Part shown: positions 18,958-28,473 of the stretch, in pieces | Numbering within the stretch: the stretch's first letter is position 1 | How the letters are laid out: each line of letters begins with the position of its first letter | NCBI GenBank assembly: GCA_965215335.1 | Contig: CBDCDA010000001.1 | Coordinates: 928,001-992,000 of the forward strand | Direction of reading: 5' to 3' | Length of the DNA stretch: 64,000 nucleotides | Source: an uncultured Candidatus Entotheonella sp. | GTDB taxonomy: Bacteria; Tectomicrobia; Entotheonellia; Entotheonellales; Entotheonellaceae | Program-made: the position numbers and the translations under genes | Notes under the pieces: generated by a model | What the model saw: the letters and a program-made list of their open reading frames with translations, nothing else | What the model was told of the DNA's origin: nothing | Database searches by the model: none

Positions 18958-19344
18958 TTACTCGGCGGCCCCGGCACCCTGCGCGTCGAGCCGCCCTTCG
19001 AGACGCGAAACCCGACGGTCGAAACTCATGATGGCCTCGAGAACCCTGTCGAAGCGGGCGTCCACCCTGTCGAAGCGCGCATTGGTTTCGGCCTGCTGGC
19101 GGTCCATGCGGTCAAACATCTTGTCGAAGCGCGCGTCCACCGCGTCGAAGCGGGTGTTGACGGCCTCAAAACGCATATTGGTCTCAGCCTGCTGGCGGTC
19201 GAAGCGGGCACTGGTCTCGGCCTGCAGGCGGTCCATGCGCTCGTTCAAGGCGTCAATACGCGCGTTGACACCGTTGAACATGGTCACCATCGCCACGAAC
19301 AAACCCGCCAGCAGCACGTAGTTACTGATCGCCTTCCAGTCCAT
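18958..19344 (-). CDS. Membrane-anchored coiled-coil repeat protein
   Basis: N-terminal TM helix followed by heptad ARFDRVD and 11-aa DRQQAETNARF repeats; GGAGAGGG RBS. Confidence 0.75.
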   Translation of the reverse strand: MDWKAISNYVLLAGLFVAMVTMFNGVNARIDALNERMDRLQAETSARFDRQQAETNMRFEAVNTRFDAVDARFDKMFDRMDRQQAETNARFDRVDARFDRVLEAIMSFDRRVSRLEGRLDAQGAGAAE

Positions 19345-19435
19345 TTCCCTCTCCTTTCAGTCACGTCCGGAGCCGCGCGGCGGCTCCCAAGGCATCCAGG
19401 TCGTCGAAATCGTGCCCGCAGACCGCCGGCCAGGA

Positions 19436-19828
19436 TCAGCCGCCGTCGCGGACTTCCCTGAATACCCGGCTCGCCGTCAGCAGCGATTCGCGGACCAGCG
19501 GCAGGCCGACGTAACCGGACATGTGGATCAGCACCTCGACCAGTTCATCTTCGGTCCAGCCCTGCCGCAGCGCCATGCGCAGGTGCAGCGCCAGTTCCGG
19601 GTCGCGTCCGGTGGCGACGTCCGACACCACGCACACCAGCGCGCGGGTCTTCAGGTCCAGCCCCGGACGGGTCCACAGGGCGCCGAAGACGGTTTCGGCG
19701 GCGAGGTCGCGGAATTTCTGCATGATCGGATCGCTGTAAGTGGTGCTGTTCATGCTGGCGGCGAACGCCTCGCCCATCAGCTCGCCACGCAGCGCGATGC
19801 CCTTGCGGTACAGGTCACTCTCGGCCAT
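19436..19828 (-). CDS. Carboxymuconolactone decarboxylase family protein
   Basis: FGALWTRPGLDLKTR, ELALHLRMAL, EVLIHMSGYVGLP. Confidence 0.9.
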   Translation of the reverse strand: MAESDLYRKGIALRGELMGEAFAASMNSTTYSDPIMQKFRDLAAETVFGALWTRPGLDLKTRALVCVVSDVATGRDPELALHLRMALRQGWTEDELVEVLIHMSGYVGLPLVRESLLTASRVFREVRDGG

Positions 19829-20074
19829 GGTATCTCTCCTGTGTGTAACGCATTGATCCGGGCCATGCGGCCCTCCTCTCCCCTGCCCTGGCAGGAAGCG
19901 CCGCAGGTGGCGCGCAGGATAGCACGGCGGCCAGCCGCCGGTTGACCCATCGCCGCATGTCCTCTATCTTGAGACGTCCCGTCCCCTGACATTGCGCACG
20001 GCCTTTCGGGACCCGCCGCTTCCCCCGCGCGGACGCCGTGACGACCCAACCGTCTCAGGGAGAAGGCAAGAGGC

Positions 20075-20941
20075 ATGAAATACGGCGTGGTATTTCCGCA
20101 GACGGAGTACGGCAACGACCCGCAGGCCATCAAGGATTACGCCCAGACCGCTGAGGGGCTGGGCTACGACTACCTGCTCGTCTACGACCACGTGCTCGGC
20201 GCCCACCCGGACCGCCAACCCCGGCTCACCGGCCCGTACACCGACGCCCACCCCTTCCACGAACCCATGGTTTTGTTCGGTTTTCTCGCCGCGATCACCA
20301 CCAAGCTGGAACTCGTCACCGGCATTCTCATCCTGCCGCAGCGCCAGACGGCGCTAGTGGCCAAGCAGACGGCGGCGGTCGACGTGCTGAGCGGCGGACG
20401 GTTGCGGCTCGGCATCGGCATCGGCTGGAACTACGTCGAGTACGACGCGCTCGGCAAGAACTTCCGCACCCGCGGACGGCAAGTGGAAGAGCAGATCGAG
20501 GTGCTGCGCAAGTTGTGGACGCAACCGCTGGTGACACACCAGACGGACGACCACGACATCGACAACGCTGGCATCCTTCCCCTGCCCGTCCAGCGGCCGA
20601 TCCCGATCTGGTTCGGCGGCGTTGCCGAGCCGGTGCTGAAACGCGCCGCCCGCCTCGGCGACGGCTGGATGCCCGCCGGACGCCTGCCGGATGACGAGAT
20701 GCGCGGCCACGTCGAACGCCTACACGGTTACCTGCGCGACGCCGGGCGCGACCCGCAGAGCTTCGGCATCGATCCCTGGATCAGCATCCTGGACCTCGGT
20801 CAGAACGTGTGGCGCCAGCGCGTCGAGGCCTGGCGGGGACTCGGCGCCAGCCACGTCGCCATCGACACCATGCGCGCCGGCTTCAGGACGCCGCAGCAAC
20901 ACATGGACGCCATTCGCGCCTTCCGCGACGTGCTCGACTGA
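20075..20941 (+). CDS. LLM-class (probably F420-dependent) oxidoreductase
   Basis: YDHVLG, ILILPQRQTALVAKQ, DVLSGGRLRLGIGIGWN, RAARLGDGW. Confidence 0.92.
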   Translation: MKYGVVFPQTEYGNDPQAIKDYAQTAEGLGYDYLLVYDHVLGAHPDRQPRLTGPYTDAHPFHEPMVLFGFLAAITTKLELVTGILILPQRQTALVAKQTAAVDVLSGGRLRLGIGIGWNYVEYDALGKNFRTRGRQVEEQIEVLRKLWTQPLVTHQTDDHDIDNAGILPLPVQRPIPIWFGGVAEPVLKRAARLGDGWMPAGRLPDDEMRGHVERLHGYLRDAGRDPQSFGIDPWISILDLGQNVWRQRVEAWRGLGASHVAIDTMRAGFRTPQQHMDAIRAFRDVLD

Positions 20942-20990
20942 ACGCCACGCTTCAGGCCGCCGCGGCAACCGACGACAGGGAGCCTTCCCC

Positions 20991-21494
20991 ATGACGCGCA
21001 GAAACATCGTCGCCGTCGTTCTCGTCCTGGTCTCGCTCGTGGTCGTCGTACCGGGCCTCATCCAGCCGATCATCACCCTGAGCGCCAACATGATGGGCCG
21101 CCAGGTGTTCGCGGAGACCCGCAGCATCCTGCAAACCGTCAGGGACCTGCACGAATCGGGCAACGACTTGGTCGCCGGGCTGATCCTCTTTTTCAGCGTC
21201 ATGGTGCCCTTCATCAAGGCCGTGCTCTTGGCCGTGGTAGGGCTGCTCGAACCGACTCGACCGGCGCGCTACCGCCTCTTCGCCTTCGTGCGCGGCATCA
21301 GCAAGTGGGCCATGGCCGACGTGTTCGTGGTGGGCGTCTATATCGCCTACCTGTCGGCCAAGGCCACCGACGCGCTCGACGCCGAGCTGCACGAGGGCTT
21401 CTACTGCTTCACCGCCTACTGCCTGATCTCGCTGCTTTCGGTGCAGGTCATGCGCGTCGAGCAGCCGCAGCAGACTCAGGCCGGCAGCGCCTGA
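20991..21494 (+). CDS. Paraquat-inducible protein A (PqiA)-like membrane protein, single domain
   Basis: SILQTVRDL, FSVMVPFIK, ISKWAMADVFVV. Confidence 0.8.
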   Translation: MTRRNIVAVVLVLVSLVVVVPGLIQPIITLSANMMGRQVFAETRSILQTVRDLHESGNDLVAGLILFFSVMVPFIKAVLLAVVGLLEPTRPARYRLFAFVRGISKWAMADVFVVGVYIAYLSAKATDALDAELHEGFYCFTAYCLISLLSVQVMRVEQPQQTQAGSA

Positions 21495-21528
21495 CCGTTC
21501 ATGCAACCGTTTACTCGAGGGAAACAAG

Positions 21529-21927
21529 ATGCGTACACTTAGTATCGTAACGACGACCCAGTACCGGAAGGATAACAACTTGCCGCCTATCACGACCGAA
21601 ATCGACTATCCCGAAAGCGCGAACGAAGCGATAGAAGTGTGGGGAAGCGATTTGGTTGAAGCTATTCTCGAGCGTGAAGTAACGGTAATGCACCAATCAA
21701 CGGTGCGTTCGAAGCTCGAGAAGAAGAAGGACGGCGCGATCATTCCGACCGATGTTCCTCTGGAAGAAATTGCCGACGAACTCAGGGACTGGCAACCGGA
21801 GCTTCGCGCAAAGAAGGACGCTGACGATGAGTTGGCGAAGAGGTTGGCTAAGGTAGCGCCCGATCGAATGGCTGCCGTTATGGCACGGGCGGCTGAGATC
21901 CGGGAAGGCAATTGGGGAGGACGATGA
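21529..21927 (+). CDS. Hypothetical protein, phage-like, in a low-GC segment
   Basis: 132-aa ORF with GAGGG RBS and codon usage unlike its neighbours; no family recognised. Confidence 0.6.
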   Translation: MRTLSIVTTTQYRKDNNLPPITTEIDYPESANEAIEVWGSDLVEAILEREVTVMHQSTVRSKLEKKKDGAIIPTDVPLEEIADELRDWQPELRAKKDADDELAKRLAKVAPDRMAAVMARAAEIREGNWGGR

Positions 21928-21930
21928 ATA

Positions 21931-22080
21931 ATGAGTGAGCTGAAGGCCTACATAGTACAAGTAGTACGGCATATAGATGGAAACGGTGAGAATGACAGAA
22001 CGGCGATAATCTATATGTACTCTGACTCAATGACAGCGTGTGCAGATCTCGCGCGGGCTATTCACGACGACGCGGATTGA
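21931..22080 (+). CDS. Small hypothetical protein (49 aa), possibly a truncated phage-like gene
   Basis: MSELKAYIVQVVRHIDGNGENDRTAIIYMYSD...; GGAGG 10 nt upstream; starts 3 nt after the preceding stop; not in the ORF track. Confidence 0.4.
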   Translation: MSELKAYIVQVVRHIDGNGENDRTAIIYMYSDSMTACADLARAIHDDAD

Positions 22081-22092
22081 AGGAGATTTTTC

Positions 22093-22623
22093 ATGTCTTC
22101 GGCAGACGGCATACTGGCCGCCCTGGAGTGGAACTGGCGCATGGTCGATGCCACCCTGGCAGATCTCGACGACGCGGCGCTGGCGCGCCAACCGCAGCCG
22201 CAGTGCAACTCCATCGCCTGGACCCTCTGGCACATGAATCGGGTCGTCGATACGTTCGTCCACCAGCGGGTCGGCTCCGAATCGCCGCTATGGCTGCGCG
22301 ACGGCTGGTGCGACAAGTACGGCATGAGCGACGCGCCCGAAGAGCGCGGCGCCGGCTGGAGCGCCGAACAGGTCGCTGCCTGGGCACCACCGGGCAAGGA
22401 CGTTCAGGTGGGCTATTACGAAGCCGTCAAGGAAGCGGCCCGCGCCCGCATTTCCGGCCTCAGCGAGGCCGAGTTGGCGCACCGCCGGGTCATTCCGCCG
22501 ATGCCCGAGCCACGCAGCATCGCCCAGGCCCTGGGGCAGATGACGTGGGACAACGTCTCGCACGGCGGGCAGATTTCCTATATTCGCGGCTTGTTCCACG
22601 GCATGGGCTGGTATCCACGCTAG
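22093..22623 (+). CDS. DinB family protein
   Basis: NSIAWTLWH, C-terminal HGGQISYIRG. Confidence 0.85.
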   Translation: MSSADGILAALEWNWRMVDATLADLDDAALARQPQPQCNSIAWTLWHMNRVVDTFVHQRVGSESPLWLRDGWCDKYGMSDAPEERGAGWSAEQVAAWAPPGKDVQVGYYEAVKEAARARISGLSEAELAHRRVIPPMPEPRSIAQALGQMTWDNVSHGGQISYIRGLFHGMGWYPR

Positions 22624-22683
22624 AATCCGACTGCCCGTAACGCGCGCCGGGCACCGGCGCCACACGAAAGAAAGGAATCCGCG

Positions 22684-24291
22684 TTGAAACGAATGCGCCG
22701 CCAATGGCACGCGATCTTCGCCTTGACCCTGCTCGTCTGCCTCTGCGCCGGCCCGCTCGCTGGAGCCGCTGCCGACACGCCCAAATCGGGTGGCACGCTC
22801 AAATTCGTCCCGCACGCCGACCTGAAGGTCATCGACCCCATCTGGACCACCGCCTACATCTCCCGCAATCACGGGTACATGATCTACGACGTGCTGTTCG
22901 CCCTGGACGAAGACCTGCAAATCCGCCCGCAGATGGTGGACACCTGGGAGGTGAGCGACGACGCCTTGCAGTACACCTTCACGCTGCGCGACGGCCTCCG
23001 GTGGCACGACGGCCAGCCGGTCACGTCCGCAGACGTGGTCGCCTCGCTGCGGCGCTGGGGCCGGAAAGACGGGCAGGGGCAACTGCTCATGGCGTTCACC
23101 GACCGTCTCGAAGCGCTCGCCGCCAAGACCTTCCGGCTGACGCTCGAGAAACCCTTCGGCCTGGTTCTGGACGCCCTCGCCAAGCCGAGCAGCAACGTGC
23201 CGTTCATCATGCCGGCGCGGGTGGCCGCCACGCCGCCGGACGAGCAGATTCAGGACACCACCGGCTCCGGCCCGTTTGTCTTCGTGCAGGACGAATGGCG
23301 TCCCGGGCACAAGGTGGTGTACCGTCGCAATGACGCCTACGTGCCGCGCGCCGAGCCGCCGAGCTTCGCGGCCGGCGGCAAGCGGGTGTACGTCGAGCGC
23401 GTCGAGTGGCTGTATCTCCCCGACCCCGCCACCGCCAGCGCCGCGCTGCAGCAGGGCGAGGTGGATTACTGGGAGTTCGCGCCGCCCGACTTCGTGCCCT
23501 CCCTGGAGAGCGCGCCCGGTATCCGCGTGGAGGTGGCCGACCTGTTCGGCGCCCAGGACTGGCTGCGCCCGAACCACCTGCACCCGCCGTTCGACAACAA
23601 GAAGGCGCGTCAGGCGCTGCTGTGGATGGCGGACCAGGAGGCCTACATGCGCGCCGCCTACGGCGCCGAGCGTTTCTGGAAGACCTGCCCGGCCTTTTTC
23701 ATGTGCGGCGGTCCGCATGGCTCCGACGCCGGGGCAAACGCCCTGGTCCGGCAGGACTTCGGCAGGGCCAGGCAGTTGCTGCAGGAGGCGGGTTACGACG
23801 GCCGCCCGGTGGTGCTGATGGCCGCCACCGACATCGCCACGAATTATTACGCCGCGCTGGTGACCGCGCAGTTGCTGAAGAAGAGCGGCCTCAACGTGGA
23901 ATTGCAAGCCATGGATTGGAGCACCGTGGTGGCCCGGCGGGCCGACAAGAAACCGGTGCAGGAGGGCGGTTGGAACCTCTTCCACACCGGCTGGATTTTC
24001 GCCGACCTGTTCACCCCGGCGGTCAACCAGGGCGTGCGCGGTGGTTGCGACGATGCCTGGTTCGGCTGGTATTGCAGCCCCGCCATGGAGGCCCTGCGCG
24101 CCGCCTGGGCGACGACCACGGACGAAGCCGAGCGGCAAGCCCTGGGCGCTGACATCCAACGGCTCGCCATGGACGAGGTTCCCTACGTGCCCCTGGGCGA
24201 AAACGTCACCTACCGGGCCTACCGCGAACACGTCAAGGGGGTGCTGAAATTCCCCGCCCCCGTTCTGTGGAACGTCTGGATGGACGAGTGA
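22684..24291 (+). CDS. ABC peptide/nickel-type substrate-binding protein (family 5)
   Basis: YTFTLRDGLRWHDG, DVVASLRRW, GSGPF, NHLHPPFDN; signal peptide; no permeases nearby. Confidence 0.92.
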   Translation: MKRMRRQWHAIFALTLLVCLCAGPLAGAAADTPKSGGTLKFVPHADLKVIDPIWTTAYISRNHGYMIYDVLFALDEDLQIRPQMVDTWEVSDDALQYTFTLRDGLRWHDGQPVTSADVVASLRRWGRKDGQGQLLMAFTDRLEALAAKTFRLTLEKPFGLVLDALAKPSSNVPFIMPARVAATPPDEQIQDTTGSGPFVFVQDEWRPGHKVVYRRNDAYVPRAEPPSFAAGGKRVYVERVEWLYLPDPATASAALQQGEVDYWEFAPPDFVPSLESAPGIRVEVADLFGAQDWLRPNHLHPPFDNKKARQALLWMADQEAYMRAAYGAERFWKTCPAFFMCGGPHGSDAGANALVRQDFGRARQLLQEAGYDGRPVVLMAATDIATNYYAALVTAQLLKKSGLNVELQAMDWSTVVARRADKKPVQEGGWNLFHTGWIFADLFTPAVNQGVRGGCDDAWFGWYCSPAMEALRAAWATTTDEAERQALGADIQRLAMDEVPYVPLGENVTYRAYREHVKGVLKFPAPVLWNVWMDE

Positions 24292-24361
24292 CGATCGAGC
24301 CGGACAGGTTTGGCGCCAAATGGCGCGGTTCCCTGTTCCGATACGGCCAGACAGCTTTTTG

Positions 24362-24456
24362 GATGACGAATCGTCGTTCGTCACCGGTGCCGAGATGGTC
24401 ATCGACGGCGGCATGACGGCCGTCCAGGCACCTCAGACTTCCGGGGAGACATCATG
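24362..24456 (+). pseudogene. C-terminal remnant of an SDR gene
   Basis: Translates to DDESSFVTGAEMVIDGGMTA, a typical SDR C-terminus, with no upstream body. Confidence 0.7.
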
Positions 24457-25647
24457 ACCACGACCAACGGCGCCCTTCCCCTTTCCCGTTTCACCGTCCT
24501 GGACCTCACCCGTGTGCGGGCCGGCCCGACCTGCGTGCGCCAGCTGGCCGACTGGGGCGCCAACGCCATCAAGATCGAACTGCCCGAGGCGCTGGAAGGC
24601 AACACCGGCCTCGGCGGGCCGCGGCACGGCTCCGACTTCCAGAACCTGCACCGCAACAAACGCAGCATCACCCTCGACCTGAAAGCGCCGGAAGGACTGA
24701 ACCTCTTCAAGCGGCTGGTCGAAAAAGCCGACGTGGTAGTGGAGAACTATCGACCGGACGTGAAACACCGTCTGGGGGTGGATTACGAAGCGCTCAGCGC
24801 GGTCAACCCGCGCCTGGTTTACGGCAGCATCTCCGGGTTCGGCCAGGATGGGCCGTACCACAGCCGCCCCGGATTCGATCAGATCGCGCAGGGCATGGGC
24901 GGGTTGATGTCCATCACCGGGCTGCCCGGCCAGGGGCCGGTGCGCGCCGGCGTGCCCATTGCCGACCTGTGTGCCGGGCTGGCGTGCGCCCTGGGCATTC
25001 TCACCGCCTTGCTTGAAAGAGAAGCGACCGGCAAGGGGCAGTGGGTGCAGGCGTCGCTGCTGCAGGCGCAGATTTTCATGCTGGATTTCCAGGCGGCGCG
25101 CTGGCTGCTGGAAAAGGAGGTGCCGCCACAGGCCGGCAACAACCACCCCACCAGCATTCCGACCGGCGTGTTCAGGACGGCGGACGGCCATATCAACATC
25201 GCGTCGGCAGGCGAGGCCATCTGGGCGCGTCTTTGCGAGGCCATCGAGGCGCCGGAACTGCTCGACGACGCCCGGTATGCCGACGGCGCCGCGCGCTCCG
25301 AGAATCGCAACGCCCTCAATGCAGCCATCGAAAGCCGTACGCAGGGCTACACCAGCGAGGAACTCATCGCCCTGCTCAACACCGCCGGGGTGCCGTGCGG
25401 GCCGATTCACTCGGTGGATCAGGTGTTCCAGGACCCGCAGGTGAAGCACCTCGGCATGGCCCGGCCCGTCCATCACCCGGAGTTGGGCGCTATCGAGCTG
25501 GTCGGCCAGCCCTTCACCCTCAGCCGCCATGGCAACCGGCTGCGAACGGCCACCCCGTCGCGCGGCCAGAACACCGCCGAGGTGCTGGGTGAGTTGGGCC
25601 TCGATGCCGAGGAAATCGAGGCTTTGCGATCTCGCCAAGTCGTGTAA
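24454..25647 (+). CDS. CoA-transferase family III (CaiB/BaiF)
   Basis: VLDLTRVRAGP, RNKRSITLDLK, ADVVVENYRP, SISGFGQDGP, GFDQIAQGMGGLM. Confidence 0.95.
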   Translation: MTTTNGALPLSRFTVLDLTRVRAGPTCVRQLADWGANAIKIELPEALEGNTGLGGPRHGSDFQNLHRNKRSITLDLKAPEGLNLFKRLVEKADVVVENYRPDVKHRLGVDYEALSAVNPRLVYGSISGFGQDGPYHSRPGFDQIAQGMGGLMSITGLPGQGPVRAGVPIADLCAGLACALGILTALLEREATGKGQWVQASLLQAQIFMLDFQAARWLLEKEVPPQAGNNHPTSIPTGVFRTADGHINIASAGEAIWARLCEAIEAPELLDDARYADGAARSENRNALNAAIESRTQGYTSEELIALLNTAGVPCGPIHSVDQVFQDPQVKHLGMARPVHHPELGAIELVGQPFTLSRHGNRLRTATPSRGQNTAEVLGELGLDAEEIEALRSRQVV

Positions 25648-25737
25648 TGGGGAACGCGCCGTCGGTGTGCTATGATGCTTGGCGCTTTTCACATACCTGA
25701 ACTTGAATACGTATCCATCCACATGAAAGGAGACGAC

Positions 25738-26022
25738 ATGCCCAGGTACGTCATCGAACGGGCCATCCCCGACATTGGCTCGGCCGAGCGCGAAGCCCTC
25801 CGCGATGCGTCGCAAAAGTCCAACAGCGTTCTCGCCGCCATGAAGGCCGAAAACAAGAATATCCAGTGGGAACACAGCTACGTGGCTGGTGACCGCACCT
25901 TCTGCATCTACATCGCCGACAGCGAGGCGCTCATCCACGAGCATGCCGAGCGCAGCGGATTCCCGGCCACGGTGGTGACCCCGGTTCGCAAGATGATCGA
26001 TCCCGTCACCGCCGAAGGCTGA
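25738..26022 (+). CDS. DUF4242 family protein (SCO4226-like, possibly nickel-binding)
   Basis: [43 protein letters not shown]. Confidence 0.82.
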   Translation: MPRYVIERAIPDIGSAEREALRDASQKSNSVLAAMKAENKNIQWEHSYVAGDRTFCIYIADSEALIHEHAERSGFPATVVTPVRKMIDPVTAEG

Positions 26023-26158
26023 CAGCATCGTCCGGCATGGGCGGCGCCTCGGATCGACCCGCTCTTGCCGGCTCGGTTTCTTCAACCTCGATTCCCTGCC
26101 CGCATCTTTTCGCACACGACACCTCACCCATCCCGCCCGAGCCCGCAGGAGAGTGCCG

Positions 26159-26450
26159 ATGAAGCCCTGCCGTTCCATCCTGTTCGTGCCGGGAAACCGC
26201 CCTGACTGGATCGACAAGGCCCCCCGGTTCGGCCCGGACGCCTTGATCGTCGATCTCGAGGACGCCGTGCCCATCGCCAACGAGGTGTTCGCGCTCTGCC
26301 AGGAGGAAACCGACTGGAACGAGGGCGTCTTGCAGGCCATGGCCGAAAGCCGAACGACAAGGCCGCGCCGCCACGACGGATGACGGCATGATGATCGACT
26401 ACGCCCATGTGCAATGCCGCCGCCTGCTGCAGCAGGCGGCGGCATTCGGC
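26159..26450 (+). pseudogene. CitE/HpcH-family CoA ester lyase pseudogene (internal deletion and frameshift)
   Basis: N-terminal [17 protein letters not shown]...IVDLEDAVP fused directly to C-terminal IANEVF...; +1 shift near 26348 then [18 protein letters not shown]. Confidence 0.85.
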
Positions 26451-26510
26451 CAAGGTGGGAGCGTACCCGCACGTCAAGGCGTTGTGAGGGCCGCGGAATC
26501 GACATCTCGG

Positions 26511-26532
26511 TTTGCATTGAATTTGCATTGAA
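26511..26532. promoter_or_regulatory. 11-bp tandem direct repeat upstream of the symporter operon
   Basis: TTTGCATTGAA occurs twice, perfectly adjacent. Confidence 0.5.
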
Positions 26533-26623
26533 ACGGACATTCGTATAGGGTATCTGCCCCGCAACGGACAAGGTGGCCTGCATGCGTGGGCGCAATTTCA
26601 TTTTGTCAGGGAAAGGACATTGC

Positions 26624-26851
26624 ATGGCAGGGGTAGGCTGGATCATCATGGGTATCGGATTCGCGATTCAGGTACTCGTCCCAGTAGGCATTTTTGGCAG
26701 ACCGGCAGGGCTGATTCTGGGCATACCGACCCAACTCGCATACGTGTTCCTGGGGACATGGGTTCTGGTGGTAGGACTGATCATTGTTTACAACACTTGG
26801 CTGATGCCATATGCCAGGCGGCTCGATGCCAGCCTGGATGCGGATAACTGA
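26624..26851 (+). CDS. Small two-TM protein preceding the symporter (DUF485/DUF997-like)
   Basis: Two hydrophobic helices, LILGIPTQLAY; usual position for SSS accessory subunits. Confidence 0.65.
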   Translation: MAGVGWIIMGIGFAIQVLVPVGIFGRPAGLILGIPTQLAYVFLGTWVLVVGLIIVYNTWLMPYARRLDASLDADN

Positions 26852-26943
26852 GGGGCTATCGGGGGTTCCGGCAGTGGGCGCGTCGGGATTGCGCAGTTCA
26901 GTTCTCAGAGTCAGGGCATACTGGGGTTCAATATCTGGAAGGA

Positions 26944-28455
26944 ATGACCATCATGAGTGTCGTCAACTTTACCATCGTGTTGTTGTTGGCCTATCTTGTC
27001 GGGCTGAAGTTCCTCTCTTACTTCGCGCATCGGATCTCTACTCGCGCGTCTGAAGATTATTTCCTGGCGAGCCGTAACATCGGGCTGCTGGCCCTGATCG
27101 GCACGACCATGGCCAGCATCTTTTCCACCGGCACGGTGGTGTCCTCACCCTCCGAATTCTACCGCCAGGGCTCCGGCTATTTCTTCGTGTTCTTCTTTGC
27201 CTTCATGCCAGTGGTGTACTTCTTCCTCGCCACCAAGATGTGGCGGCTGGGCAGAGCCAAGGGCTACATCACGCCCGGAGACATGCTGGGGGATTTCTAC
27301 AAGAGCCGCGCAGTCGTCTTCTGGTGTGCGGCCATCGGCCTGCTGGCCGTTCTGCCCTACGCGGTGGCGCAGCTCGTCGCCATCGGCAAGACGTTCGAGG
27401 CCCTCACCGACGGCAGAATCAACTATTTCTGGGGCGTCACCGTGGTGTCGATTTCCATCGCCCTGTACATGTATTTTGGCGGTGCCCGCGCGGTCGTTTG
27501 GACCGACATGATCCAGGGCTTCATTTTCGCCACCTTGCTGATTATCGCCGGCATCCTGGTCGTCAGGTGGTCGGGCGGCTGGGAACCGATGGTCGGCACC
27601 CTGACGAACGACTATGCCACCAAGACCTCCTTCGAAGGCAAGCTGACGTGGCGTTATTACGAGCTCGGCCTGTTGCCACTGTCGTTCTCGTTCCTGCCCT
27701 ACCTGTGGCAGCGCATGTATATGGCGAAGTCCGCCTCGCACGTCGCCAAGAACCTGCTGGCGGTACCAATCATTTTCGTGGTGCTGTTCTTCACCACCTG
27801 GGTCATTGGCACCTCGGCGCACGTGATTCTGCCGGACGGCCTGCAGGATGCCGATAGCGTCCTGGGCGCGCTTTTCAAGGACAATCTGCCCTACTTCGGC
27901 GCCATGCTGCTGGTGGCCGCCTTTGCAGCGGGCATGTCCACCGTCGACAGCCAGCTGCTGTCCGCCGGCTCGCTGATCACGCACGACCTCGGCGGCATCG
28001 TGCGCGGCGAGCGGCGGGAGAGCCTGGCGATTTTCACCTTCGGCAAATGGTCTACGGTGTTCTTGATGGGCGCCCTCTACCTGTGGAGCCTCAATCTGCA
28101 GTCGGCGTCCATCCTGAACCTGATCATCCTGGGCATCAGCCTGACGATCATCTACATCCCGAGCGTGTTCGGCATGTTCTACTGGAAGAAGGCCACACCG
28201 ACCGGCGCCGCCTGGTCCATGGGCGGCGGTTTGGTGTTTTTCCTCGTCAAGCAGTTCCAGATCTTTGGTCTGGACGCCTGGCTGCCGGGACCGTTGGGGT
28301 CCATTTCGTACGGTCTGTCGGCGGCAATTTTCTTCTTCGTGGTGGTCAGCCTGCTTACCAGCAACGCCAGGATCCGCGACATGCAGGAAGAGTACGACGC
28401 CATCCTGGGCGTGGCGCCGGCCGCAAGCCCGGCCGCCCCCAGCCCGGCAGACTAG
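26944..28455 (+). CDS. Sodium:solute symporter family protein
   Basis: EDYFLASR, GYITPGDML, GGARAVVWTDMIQG, AAGMSTVDSQLL. Confidence 0.95.
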   Translation: MTIMSVVNFTIVLLLAYLVGLKFLSYFAHRISTRASEDYFLASRNIGLLALIGTTMASIFSTGTVVSSPSEFYRQGSGYFFVFFFAFMPVVYFFLATKMWRLGRAKGYITPGDMLGDFYKSRAVVFWCAAIGLLAVLPYAVAQLVAIGKTFEALTDGRINYFWGVTVVSISIALYMYFGGARAVVWTDMIQGFIFATLLIIAGILVVRWSGGWEPMVGTLTNDYATKTSFEGKLTWRYYELGLLPLSFSFLPYLWQRMYMAKSASHVAKNLLAVPIIFVVLFFTTWVIGTSAHVILPDGLQDADSVLGALFKDNLPYFGAMLLVAAFAAGMSTVDSQLLSAGSLITHDLGGIVRGERRESLAIFTFGKWSTVFLMGALYLWSLNLQSASILNLIILGISLTIIYIPSVFGMFYWKKATPTGAAWSMGGGLVFFLVKQFQIFGLDAWLPGPLGSISYGLSAAIFFFVVVSLLTSNARIRDMQEEYDAILGVAPAASPAAPSPAD

Positions 28456-28473
28456 ACGCACAAAGGAGAGCCT

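Noticed and set aside
16830..18960. Mobile-element ends around the TbpB-like gene (G-rich tracts near 16855 and 18930)
   Set aside because: No convincing terminal inverted repeats, target duplication or recombinase.
18331..19260. CRISPR-like periodicity
   Set aside because: The repeats are in-frame coding repeats without unique spacers, and no cas genes are present.
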